From positions 1,149-65,148 of the forward strand of contig CAZXFD010000003.1 of the NCBI GenBank assembly GCA_964640635.1: a stretch of DNA of 64,000 bases, given 5' to 3'. Position numbers and translations under genes: made by a program. Positions 19,391 through 28,991 of the stretch are shown here, one piece after another (position 1 is the first letter of the stretch; each line of letters starts with the position of its first letter). The stretch comes from an uncultured Gammaproteobacteria bacterium. GTDB lineage: Bacteria; Patescibacteriota; Patescibacteriia; UBA1558; S5-K13. The notes under the pieces are model-generated. The model was not told the DNA's origin and made no database searches. It saw nothing but the letters and a program-made list of their open reading frames with translations.

Positions 19391-20596
19391 TTATATATTC
19401 ATCTTTGCCTCAATTCTCTTTAGCGCTGAGACAAATGCTGCCATTCTAAAATCAACATCTTTTGCATTTGCAATATCATAAATTTCATCAAAGGACTTGT
19501 ACATTATTTCTTTTAATTTTGTATTTACCTCTTCCAAGCTCCAAATCTCATCTTTTATATTCTGAAGCCATTCAAAGTAAGACACGGTTACGCCACCCGC
19601 ATTTGTAAGAACGTCTGGAAGAACCAATATTTCCTTTGATTTTAAAATTAAATCTGCTTCTGGTGTCACTGGACCATTTGCAAGTTCAAAAACAATTTTT
19701 GCTTTAATATTATCTGCATTGTTATCAGCCACCTGATTTTCTAGTGCACAAAGAGCTAGCACATCACAATCAAGTTCTAATAATTCTTGATTTGTAATTG
19801 TCCTAGTATTTTCAAAGTTTATTACACTGCCTGTATTTTCTTTAAATTTCAAAACCTCGTCAATATTAAGTCCATTATCACTCACTATTGCACCTTTTGA
19901 ATCAGATACTGCTATTATTGAATACCCCGCATCAAACAATATTTTTGCAAAGACCGCACCCGCGTTTCCAAATCCTTGAATTACAATTTTTGAATCTTTT
20001 GAAAGACTCAATTTTTCTATTGCTTTTTCAAACACATAAAAAGCACCTAGGGCTGTTGCTTTGTCTCGGCCCAATGATCCACCATTTTCTATTGGCTTAC
20101 CCGTAAAAGCAGCCTTGTCTCCAATTTCATCAGCCATTATTGCCATAATACGTGGCGTTGTATAAACATCTGGAGCTGGCACATCAATATCTCTTCCTAT
20201 TATACCCTTTAATTTTTTGACGTATCCACGAGATAATTTTTCAATCTCGGGCTCTGATAAAACTTTTGGATCTACTGTGACTCCACCTTTTCCACCACCA
20301 AGTGGAATTCCTACAACAGAGCACTTTATAGTCATCCAAAACGAAAGAGCCTTTACCTCATCTAAGTCAGTATCACTATGAAATCTTATTCCACCTTTAT
20401 ATGGCCCCATTGTATTGTCATATTGTACGCGGTAACCAGTAAAAACTTTCAGCTCTCCACTATCCATTCTTATCGGAATTGAAACTTGCACAAATCTGTC
20501 AGGACTTTGAAGTTTTAGTAGTACATCTTTGTTTAATTCTGCAATTTCACTTGCTTTTCTAAGCTGTTCCATTGCATTTTGATAAGCAGTTTGCAT
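19391..20596 (-). CDS. gdhA: Glu/Leu/Phe/Val (glutamate) dehydrogenase
   Basis: GPYKGGIRFH, GGGKGG, DVPAPD, QGFGNAG, NAGGVTVSYFEW. Confidence 0.9.
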   Translation of the reverse strand: MQTAYQNAMEQLRKASEIAELNKDVLLKLQSPDRFVQVSIPIRMDSGELKVFTGYRVQYDNTMGPYKGGIRFHSDTDLDEVKALSFWMTIKCSVVGIPLGGGKGGVTVDPKVLSEPEIEKLSRGYVKKLKGIIGRDIDVPAPDVYTTPRIMAIMADEIGDKAAFTGKPIENGGSLGRDKATALGAFYVFEKAIEKLSLSKDSKIVIQGFGNAGAVFAKILFDAGYSIIAVSDSKGAIVSDNGLNIDEVLKFKENTGSVINFENTRTITNQELLELDCDVLALCALENQVADNNADNIKAKIVFELANGPVTPEADLILKSKEILVLPDVLTNAGGVTVSYFEWLQNIKDEIWSLEEVNTKLKEIMYKSFDEIYDIANAKDVDFRMAAFVSALKRIEAKMNI

Positions 20597-20642
20597 AATA
20601 TTAGGGTTTAAAATTTAATGATCTTAAAAATACTCTATTCTA

Positions 20643-20960
20643 CTATTTAGTAAACTCATCAATTTTATTTTTCAAAACATCTTTTGCGATAAGTCCCATA
20701 AGAGTATCCTTAGGCTCTCCATTTTCAAAAAATATCATTGTAGGAATACTCATAATATCAAATTTTCTTGCTGTCTCTGGAGACTCATCTACATCTAACT
20801 TTACAATCTTGATTTTGTCTTTATATTCTTCGCTTAATTCATCCATAATTGGGGCTAACATTTTACATGGTCCACACCACACAGCAAAAAAATCTACAAG
20901 TACATACTTGTTGTTTTTTAATGTTTCATCAAAATTTGTGTCTTTTAATATTTCTGTCAT
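20643..20960 (-). CDS. trxA: Thioredoxin
   Basis: WCGPC, SIPT. Confidence 0.96.
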   Translation of the reverse strand: MTEILKDTNFDETLKNNKYVLVDFFAVWCGPCKMLAPIMDELSEEYKDKIKIVKLDVDESPETARKFDIMSIPTMIFFENGEPKDTLMGLIAKDVLKNKIDEFTK

Positions 20961-21067
20961 AGTTTTAGTTTGTTAGCCACGTAGTAACATAGCTAAGATT
21001 AATTATTATTTATTTATATATTATTTGAATTGCGCAACTACGAAGCTAAGTAACTAAGTAGCTGGCT

Positions 21068-21313
21068 TTATAATTCAAACTTATCTTCTTTCTCGGCTGG
21101 AAAATAAAATTGTGCTTTTGCATTTGTAAGGGCCTTTTCAATTGAAAAAAATATTTTATCAATTTGTTCCCTATTGTATGAATAAGCACTCCTATTTGCA
21201 CAGTTTGAAAGAGTCTTTATCTTTTTAAGTATCTCATTTGTACGACAAGTTGCAAGACATTTAAACTTATCTTCTCTTGTTTTACAAGTTGAAACACACC
21301 TTTTTTCATTCAT
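21068..21313 (-). CDS. Small conserved helical hypothetical protein
   Basis: F..LA..RTN.IL.KI..L.N.ANRS.Y.Y..EQI.KIF pattern resembling a widespread small-protein family. Confidence 0.65.
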   Translation of the reverse strand: MNEKRCVSTCKTREDKFKCLATCRTNEILKKIKTLSNCANRSAYSYNREQIDKIFFSIEKALTNAKAQFYFPAEKEDKFEL

Positions 21314-21551
21314 ATGGTTAATTTATATAAATATGATTCTATATATATAAATATAGCGCACATTTATATATATGTCAACATAAAATAGTAAATCCTACAA
21401 ATAGTTGCATTGACATTATATTAATAATATGAGATGGGTTCTTTTTTTTATAAAAATTCAAAAAATACTGCCAAACTCAATAAAAAACAGGTCGAATGAC
21501 CTATTGACAAAACCCATTATATTATGTAATATTATATGTTAATATAAAACT

Positions 21552-23561
21552 ATGAAAATTATAAAATACAGGTCAAAAAATGCAAAAATTTATTTTTTAA
21601 AATACCAAATATTTGGTATGTTTTTGTTATTTTTTTTAATAAATCCATATAATAACATCTGTAGTGCGCAAACAGACACCCCCCTTATTGCAAACTACTT
21701 CTTAAAATGGTCTATTTCGGATATTGAGGCGATAGAACTTTCAAAGTGGGACCTTTTAATATTAGACATGGAAAATCAAATTAATAATCCTGAAAAAATA
21801 AAAAAGATTCGCGAACTCAATCCTGATATAAAAATTCTTGCCTATATAACAATTCAAGAAATAAGAAATTCTTGTGATAGTAATAATATAAAGTTAAGAT
21901 GCGAATTATTGTCAAAAATTAATGATTCAAATTATCTAAAAGACACCAATGGAAATAAGCTGAGCTTTTGGTTAAATTCAAATCTTTTAAATGTTTCTGG
22001 AATTTGGAATGAAATTTTACCAAACTTTGTAAAAGACAAAATATATTCATCGGGATTGTGGGATGGAATTTTTTATGACAACTCTTGGGGAAATATTTCA
22101 TGGTTTAATAATGGAAATATAGATATTGATAATGATTATGATCTAGATGATAAAACATTTATTGATTCCCTATGGAAATCTGGGATACTAAAAGCAATCT
22201 CACAAACAAGAATACTAACAAATAATAATTTTATAATAATAGGAAATTCTATTGAAGATACTGATATATTATCACATACAAATGGAACTATGATAGAAAA
22301 TTTTTCTACTAAATCATGGAAGAACATAATGCCTCTTTATCTTCAAAATACTTCATTTACTCCAAATATTTCAATTATAAACTCAAATACTGCAAATACT
22401 GGAAATCAAAATGATTATAAAAAAATGCGTTATGGACTTACAAATACCCTACTTGGAAATGGATACTTTGCATTTGATTATGGAGATCTAGATCATGCAC
22501 AATTATATTGGTATGATGAATACGATACTAAAATTGGAAAATCAATCTCTGATCCAATTAATATAAAAACAAATACATCGACAATAGATTTGGGATTATG
22601 GAGAAGGGATTTTGAAAATGCAACATCTTTTGTAAACTCATCAAGAGAAAATCAAGTCTATGTTTTTGAAAATGAGGTTTTTGAAAAAATCAAAGGAACA
22701 CAAGATACCAAAACCAATGACGGAACAAAAGTAAACTACTTGAACCTTGCGCCAAGCGAGGGCATTATCCTTCTCAAAACAAATCAAGAGATACAAAACT
22801 CTGTATTTAATAATGGGGATTTTTATCGAGTGTTTGACCATAAAGGACTCCAAACTAGAAATGGTTTCTTTGCTCTAAAAAATAATTTCATGCTAAATAC
22901 AAAAATTCTTGTAAATGATATTAATAATGACGAAAAAATTGAAACAATAAGCTCTGAGGGGACGAGTATAAACATATACAACAAATACAAAGAAAAACTT
23001 AGCTCTTTTTATCCTTACGATAAAAATTTCAGAGGCGGAATAAATTTTGTTGTATATGATATAAACAATGACGGTAAAAATGAAATAATTACAGGCGCTA
23101 ACTCTGGAGGATCTCATGTAAGAATATTTGATGCTAATGGCAAATTAATAAATCAATTTTTTGCACATGACAAAAATACAAGATATGGAGTAAAAGTAGC
23201 AGTATCTGATATAAACAACGACGGAAATATTGAAATAATTACTTCTTTTGGAAAAGGTCTAGAACCAATTCTAAAAATATTTGATATTAAAGGAAACCTA
23301 TTAAATAGTTTCCTTGCTTATGATAAAAACTTTAGAGGTGGGGTAAATATAAACACATCTGACGTAAACAACGATGGAAGCGGTGAAATAATTGCAGCTC
23401 CCGCTTCAAATGGTGGTAGTCATATAAAAATATTTACTGTAAATGGAAAATTACTAAGTCAATTTTTTGCTTATGAAAAAAGTTTTAGGGGTGGATTCAA
23501 TATTTCTATAAATAACGCGAATATAAATCAAAAAGAAATTCTAATATCTGCAAACAAATAA
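21552..23561 (+). CDS. Secreted putative glycoside hydrolase (TIM barrel) with FG-GAP-like repeats
   Basis: Signal/TM segment, KIRELNPDIKILAY, WDGIFYDN, WYDEYD, three FxAYDKNFRGG..DINNDG..EII repeats. Confidence 0.75.
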   Translation: MKIIKYRSKNAKIYFLKYQIFGMFLLFFLINPYNNICSAQTDTPLIANYFLKWSISDIEAIELSKWDLLILDMENQINNPEKIKKIRELNPDIKILAYITIQEIRNSCDSNNIKLRCELLSKINDSNYLKDTNGNKLSFWLNSNLLNVSGIWNEILPNFVKDKIYSSGLWDGIFYDNSWGNISWFNNGNIDIDNDYDLDDKTFIDSLWKSGILKAISQTRILTNNNFIIIGNSIEDTDILSHTNGTMIENFSTKSWKNIMPLYLQNTSFTPNISIINSNTANTGNQNDYKKMRYGLTNTLLGNGYFAFDYGDLDHAQLYWYDEYDTKIGKSISDPINIKTNTSTIDLGLWRRDFENATSFVNSSRENQVYVFENEVFEKIKGTQDTKTNDGTKVNYLNLAPSEGIILLKTNQEIQNSVFNNGDFYRVFDHKGLQTRNGFFALKNNFMLNTKILVNDINNDEKIETISSEGTSINIYNKYKEKLSSFYPYDKNFRGGINFVVYDINNDGKNEIITGANSGGSHVRIFDANGKLINQFFAHDKNTRYGVKVAVSDINNDGNIEIITSFGKGLEPILKIFDIKGNLLNSFLAYDKNFRGGVNINTSDVNNDGSGEIIAAPASNGGSHIKIFTVNGKLLSQFFAYEKSFRGGFNISINNANINQKEILISANK

Positions 23562-23600
23562 AGCATTTTAATTTTTATAAGTATTATCTATAATAAAGGT

Positions 23601-24317
23601 ATGGCAAATATATTTACAAAACAATTCAAAGTGCTTGGAAGATCCAAAAAAGTGAGAATAATTACTGATTCATTATTTTTAATTATACTTACTATTGCTT
23701 TGTTTTTTTATTCTTACAATTACATCAAAAAGCTAAATATAAAACCCATTATTCTAAATACAATTTCAACAATACAAAATAAAGAAACAACTCCAGAATT
23801 AAAACCTAGACAAGAAAAAATTTGTATCGTCCCCGACATAAAAACATCTGCTCTTTATTATAATAGTTTTGGCGATCAAATTGGTATTGGTCCAAATCCA
23901 CCAATCATTGAAATTCCTACAAATTATTGGGTATTTTTAAAAATCACCAATAAAGAAAATATTCAAGAAAATATAAAAATAGAAACTGGATTACCATACA
24001 ATGTCTCATTTACTGGAAGAAAAGGCACAACCCTTGGTAATTTATATTTTCTTACAACAAACAAAACAGTTGTTTGGGAAATAAAGACACTAAGCAAAAA
24101 TGAAACTCAAGAAGCAAAGTTTGAAATATCCCTTACTCCTATTATAAATAACTTTGGAAAAATACTTTTACTAACTCAAAACACCAACCTTTTATCATTT
24201 GATACATATTGTGAGAAAACAGTATCTAGCACAATAGAAAACCTTGATACAGGCCTCAAATATGATCAAATTGGAAAAAATCCTGGAAAAGTGACTAGCC
24301 TTGATAATGATCTATAA
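23601..24317 (+). CDS. Membrane-anchored hypothetical protein
   Basis: N-terminal TM, GPNPP...TNYWV beta-rich domain. Confidence 0.7.
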   Translation: MANIFTKQFKVLGRSKKVRIITDSLFLIILTIALFFYSYNYIKKLNIKPIILNTISTIQNKETTPELKPRQEKICIVPDIKTSALYYNSFGDQIGIGPNPPIIEIPTNYWVFLKITNKENIQENIKIETGLPYNVSFTGRKGTTLGNLYFLTTNKTVVWEIKTLSKNETQEAKFEISLTPIINNFGKILLLTQNTNLLSFDTYCEKTVSSTIENLDTGLKYDQIGKNPGKVTSLDNDL

Positions 24318-24356
24318 AATGATATAATATAAAAAATTAGTTCTTAGGAGGAACAA

Positions 24357-24572
24357 ATGAACGAACAAAATCAACCCAAACTAGATCAACGTGGTTGCAA
24401 GGTATTGTACAAGGAAAAAGAGTACCTTGTTGATATGAGTCTCGAAAAATTCAAAAAACTACAAGAAGAACATCCCAACATTGATATTAGACTGTTCTGG
24501 AAAGAACCCTTCTACGATGAAAATTCCATCGGACCAGTTACAGTATCCGAACTAACCCTTCCAGTGGAATAA
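24357..24572 (+). CDS. Small hypothetical protein
   Basis: Extended -10 TGaTATAAT, AGGAGG SD, terminator at 24586-24621. Confidence 0.7.
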   Translation: MNEQNQPKLDQRGCKVLYKEKEYLVDMSLEKFKKLQEEHPNIDIRLFWKEPFYDENSIGPVTVSELTLPVE

Positions 24573-24670
24573 TTCATTACAAATCAAAAATCCCTCTGTC
24601 AAATGACTTTGGGATTTTTTTATTCTCTGCCCGGGGTTAAAACATTAACCCCGAATAGGTGTAAATACAT

Positions 24671-26686
24671 CTAATAATTTATCTTTGGTAAGTATTCTCT
24701 CTCAGTTGCCTCATCTTCTTCAATTTGATAAGAAATATTGTCTTCTTTAGAGGAAGAAAAAAATCCCATACTTCTTGCTAAATAATTTGCCTCTATAAGA
24801 TTCTGATCTACTCCTGAAATAAACTCTGAAACTTCTGTATCCTTGAATCCATCATATTTGAAAATAGACAGTGGGTAAGTAAGGATAAGGTGTTTTTTTG
24901 CACGAGTTATTGCTACATAAAAAAGTCGCCTTTCTTCTTCAACTGCTTCTACCGTTGTAGCAAATATATGAGGAAAAGCGTCGCTTACAAGATTCATTAC
25001 AAAAACAGTGCTCCACTCGAGTCCTTTTGCCTGATGCACAGTACTAAGCACAAGACAATTACCACGACTTTCTTTACTACTTTTCAAAGTAAAGCTTTCT
25101 TGCAAACTTATCTCCGACAAAAACTCTTCTAAACTTGTATAATTATTTGAAAATAATGCTAATTGATCTAAATCTTCTTGACGTTGTTTGTAATCAGGAT
25201 ACTCTGATATAAGATAAGTAGAATAATCATCTATTAAAACATTTATCATTTTCATAAGCCCGTCGCTCTCTGATTTGTGTATTGCTTTTATTGCTCTTAA
25301 AAATGCTTCCCAAGATTTTTTTGGCCTCTCTCCAAGATTAATCTGAAGATCAAATAGTTCTTCTAATTTTTCTACACCCTTTAACTCTTTATAAATTTTA
25401 CCTATTGTAGAGGCCCCTATGCCATCATACATTTCAAGCACCCTATGAAGTGATACTTCATCTTTATGATTTTTGTAAATTCTTAAAAATGCAACAACAT
25501 CTTTGATATGAGCGCGCTCAAAAAATTTAAGCCCCCCTCGCATTTCATAAACAATTCCTCTTGCATTTAATTCCATTTCAAGTTGTTGACAGTGGTTTGC
25601 GGCACGAAACAAAACGGCTATATCACTAGACTTGGCACCATCATAAATACATTTTTCAATTCTATCTACAATATATCTTGCCTCATCTCTATTACTACGA
25701 AGCGCAACAAGCTCTGGCTTTGCACTAGCACTAAGAATAGATTTCAAATTTTTTGTAAATTGATTTGTATTTTCTGAAATCACTTTATTTGCCAAACCCA
25801 CTATCTGAGGAGTTGATCTATAGTTTGTCTCTAATTTATGAACACTACAATTTTTGAATGTCTTTGGAAAATCCAAAATATTATTTATATCCGCTCCACG
25901 AAAAGAATAAATACTCTGCGCATCATCTCCAACTGCAATAATATTTTGATGGCTATGTGATATATTGTAGACAATTTCAGCTTGAATAGAGTTTGTGTCC
26001 TGATACTCATCAACTAAAACATATTCCCATTTTTTTCCTAACACACCTCCAATCTCATCATGAATAGTAAGATTCTTTAGATAATATAATAAATCATCAA
26101 AGTCCAACAACTTTGTTTCCTTTTTTCTATTTTTATACTCCTTAAAAATATTTATAAAATCGTTTTCAAAATCCTTCCACTCTGGAAATTTTATCTCTAG
26201 CGATTTAGAAATAGCAAAGGAAGAATTTAGTGAAAAACTAATAACCTCTTTTATAAACGATGGTGATGGTTTTCTTTTTTCATGTAAATTTTGAAAATAC
26301 TCTTTTGAAATATTTTTTATAATACTTTTTGCATCTGATTCATCAAGTATTACAAAATCTTTTGGGATATCAATACTGCTTCCATAAATTCGCAATAATC
26401 TGTGAGCAATAGAGTGAAATGTCCCACCCCAAATACCCAAATTTTTATCAATCTCCAAAATGTTTTTAACCCTCTCCATCATTTCATTTGCAGCCTTGTT
26501 GGTAAAAGTGAGGAGCAAAATCTTACTAGGATCTACTCCAGCTTTAATAAGCCAAGCAACACGGTATACAAGAGTCCTTGTCTTTCCACTACCTGCTCCA
26601 GCGAGCACTAAATGAGGTCCATTCCCAGTGGAAACAACACTATACTGCTCTTCATTTAATTCTTTTTGAAAATCAATTTGTTTCAT
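24671..26686 (-). CDS. UvrD/PcrA-family ATP-dependent DNA helicase (probable start MKQIDF)
   Basis: LAGAGSGKT, TFTNKAA, DEYQD, GDDAQSIYSFRGA, NYRS, STVHQAKGLE, EERRLFYVAITRA. Confidence 0.95.
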   Translation of the reverse strand: MKQIDFQKELNEEQYSVVSTGNGPHLVLAGAGSGKTRTLVYRVAWLIKAGVDPSKILLLTFTNKAANEMMERVKNILEIDKNLGIWGGTFHSIAHRLLRIYGSSIDIPKDFVILDESDAKSIIKNISKEYFQNLHEKRKPSPSFIKEVISFSLNSSFAISKSLEIKFPEWKDFENDFINIFKEYKNRKKETKLLDFDDLLYYLKNLTIHDEIGGVLGKKWEYVLVDEYQDTNSIQAEIVYNISHSHQNIIAVGDDAQSIYSFRGADINNILDFPKTFKNCSVHKLETNYRSTPQIVGLANKVISENTNQFTKNLKSILSASAKPELVALRSNRDEARYIVDRIEKCIYDGAKSSDIAVLFRAANHCQQLEMELNARGIVYEMRGGLKFFERAHIKDVVAFLRIYKNHKDEVSLHRVLEMYDGIGASTIGKIYKELKGVEKLEELFDLQINLGERPKKSWEAFLRAIKAIHKSESDGLMKMINVLIDDYSTYLISEYPDYKQRQEDLDQLALFSNNYTSLEEFLSEISLQESFTLKSSKESRGNCLVLSTVHQAKGLEWSTVFVMNLVSDAFPHIFATTVEAVEEERRLFYVAITRAKKHLILTYPLSIFKYDGFKDTEVSEFISGVDQNLIEANYLARSMGFFSSSKEDNISYQIEEDEATEREYLPKINY

Positions 26687-26744
26687 AATCGTATGGGAAT
26701 TATATATGAAAAAAACAATAAAAACCATCCCTCAAAATATAATC

Positions 26745-26774
26745 TTGACAAAATAACGATACTTATAATATAAT
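26745..26774 (+). promoter_or_regulatory. sigma70-type promoter for the candidate ncRNA
   Basis: TTGACA (26745-26750)-N18-TATAAT (26769-26774). Confidence 0.7.
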
Positions 26775-26779
26775 TGCCA

Positions 26780-27272
26780 TATGCATAATCTATAACAGGG
26801 AGGAAACATGATGCTATTACGTATTCTTCCTGGTACAAGTCCTGACATGTGTGTGTCGATAAAGTCGCTCCCTGTGTCAACTGTACCAATTCGACCTACA
26901 TTGCCTCATCCTGCCAAAATAGACACTCTGAGGTAGGGTAGTGAGGCGCCAAGAACTCTGATGAGTGTCTAGAGATATCCTCTAAGGATATAGCCACCTT
27001 CTATCTTAACGAGCTTTTCTAAGCTCACAAGAATATTCAGAGCATTCTGAATGAACCCGTTAAAAGGAGAAAGGAAATGAAATTCATTTACTTGCTCAAC
27101 GAGGTTACTTTTAGCTAAAAGCCGCAAAACTTGGCAGTAGCAGATCCAATCCATTAACCTCGTTGCCATAGTCTGATGCAAGTCGGTAGCATCAGATTGA
27201 CATTTCGCCGACTGGTCGTTATAAATCCTTTTATACAATAGTGCAGGCATCTGAATCAGATGCCTGTTTTTT
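26780..27272 (+). ncRNA. Candidate large structured ncRNA (~490 nt) with multiple pseudoknots, family unknown
   Basis: GC-richer than its flanks, bounded by promoter and terminator, no long plus-strand ORF, dense helices and loop-downstream complementarities. Confidence 0.65.
27244..27272 (+). terminator. Intrinsic terminator
   Basis: caggcatctg-aat-cagatgcctg-tttttt. Confidence 0.85.
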
Positions 27273-27330
27273 AAAATCTATGATTTTTGTATCAAATCAA
27301 CTATACTATTAAATAGAGAAAATATATAAT

Positions 27331-28935
27331 ATGATAAAAAATTTAAACTACAAAAAAATAATCACCTACGCCTTTTGGCTAGTTTTTTATATTTTAATAT
27401 TCTTGATTCTGCTAAAAAATTCTTTTTCATATCTTGATCCTGATTTGGGATGGCATCTAAAAGTAGGAGAAGAAATACTTCAAAGCAATCATATCCCAGA
27501 ATTGCAAAAATACATGTGGACGCTTGAAGGTCAAAATTGGGTTGATCATGAGTGGCTACTAAATCTTATAACATATTCTATATTCCAAAATTTTGGATAT
27601 ATTGCCCTTAGTATATTTTTTGCACTTATCCCGCTCTTAGGGTTTATTTTATTAAACATACACTTCAAAAAAAAATATATCCAAAGCTCTCTCTCGGGTA
27701 TTTTTATAGCGATCATACAAATATTTGGATTATTTGTTTGCCTTCCTCATTTTGGAATTAGAATGCAAGAGATTACTTTTTTATTTCTTATAATACTTTT
27801 CATAATTATAGACAGCCTTGAAATAAAACAAAAAATATCTACATCAATACTTACAATACTATTATTTTTTCTTTGGGCATGTCTTCATGCCGGATTTCTT
27901 ATAGGACTTTTTGTTTTATTTTTTAAACTAGCCATAGATATATTTATATTTCTAATCAATATAAAAAATACAGACTCAAATATAAAAATTCTGGAAGCAA
28001 AGAAAATAAAATTCCTAAGCGCAACAGCAATACTTTCATTTCTTATAACACTCCTTACTCCATACGGACTCAATTTATATAAATTCCTCTATGACTACAA
28101 AAATTCTTTTTATAAATCTCATATTCAAGAATGGCTATCTCCTCTTGCATTTATTCCTTTGCAATACACAAAGTTATTTTATATAGCACTCACAATAGTC
28201 GCCATAATTTTCATATTTATATTTGAAAAAATATCCCTCAAACAAAAACATGTCAAAAACATCTACTACTGGCAGATACTTATAAGTATGATATTTATAT
28301 ATCTTGGGCTCAGTTCTCTCAGGCATGCACCACTTTTATTTATAGCCTCTTTTTTCTTTATAACAATATTTAGTTATGATTTATTTAAGGGCTATAATAA
28401 ATATTTAAAAAAAGAATTTTTAGAAATATTATTTATTATCACAATGATAATATGCTCTATGTCCATAATTTTGACGATAAAAACTACAAAAAATCCTTTT
28501 ACTGAAAATTATTGCAATAAATATCCGTGTGAATTTTCAAATTTTTTAGATACCAATCCAGAATACAAAAATTATAAGCTATTCAATTCATATACCTGGG
28601 GTGGATATTTTATATATAGGCATCCTGATATGAAACTTTTTATAGACGGCCGCTTACCTCAATACAAATTCAAAGATAAAACTATTCTAGAGGAATACTA
28701 TAGCTTTTTTGATAAAAATAATGCTTATAACAAACTATCTGAATATCAAATCAACATGGTAGTTTTCAATAAAAAAACAGATACTAAACTAGACTGGTTT
28801 GAAAAAAATATACTAAAAATTGATGAAGTAAAACTAAATAACAAAGAAAACGTTGTTATAGATTATATAAAAAGCTCTAGTGAGTGGACAATGCTCTATG
28901 AAGATTCAAATACATTTGCATACATAAAAAAATAA
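27331..28935 (+). CDS. Polytopic membrane protein, GT-C-like glycosyltransferase candidate
   Basis: DPDLGWHLKVGE, WVDHEWL, WACLHAGF, IQEW, FNSYTWGGY, FIDGR. Confidence 0.7.
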   Translation: MIKNLNYKKIITYAFWLVFYILIFLILLKNSFSYLDPDLGWHLKVGEEILQSNHIPELQKYMWTLEGQNWVDHEWLLNLITYSIFQNFGYIALSIFFALIPLLGFILLNIHFKKKYIQSSLSGIFIAIIQIFGLFVCLPHFGIRMQEITFLFLIILFIIIDSLEIKQKISTSILTILLFFLWACLHAGFLIGLFVLFFKLAIDIFIFLINIKNTDSNIKILEAKKIKFLSATAILSFLITLLTPYGLNLYKFLYDYKNSFYKSHIQEWLSPLAFIPLQYTKLFYIALTIVAIIFIFIFEKISLKQKHVKNIYYWQILISMIFIYLGLSSLRHAPLLFIASFFFITIFSYDLFKGYNKYLKKEFLEILFIITMIICSMSIILTIKTTKNPFTENYCNKYPCEFSNFLDTNPEYKNYKLFNSYTWGGYFIYRHPDMKLFIDGRLPQYKFKDKTILEEYYSFFDKNNAYNKLSEYQINMVVFNKKTDTKLDWFEKNILKIDEVKLNNKENVVIDYIKSSSEWTMLYEDSNTFAYIKK

Positions 28936-28954
28936 TCTAAAAATACATACAAAA

Positions 28955-28984
28955 AAACCGAGTGTAGATTCCGACACTCGGTTT
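28955..28984. terminator. Bidirectional terminator
   Basis: aaaccgagtgt...acactcggttt between convergent genes. Confidence 0.75.
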
Positions 28985-28991
28985 ATATTAT

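Noticed and set aside
26683-27250. Minus-strand ORFs of 68 and 93 aa
   Set aside because: Antisense to the promoter/terminator-defined unit, with no protein-like motifs
26780-27272. tmRNA (one- or two-piece) or RNase P RNA as the identity of the structured RNA
   Set aside because: No GGGG acceptor start, T-arm or CCA end, and no tag frame ending in AA-stop; GAGGAAAC is not followed by the RNase P GUCC and no P4 partner is visible
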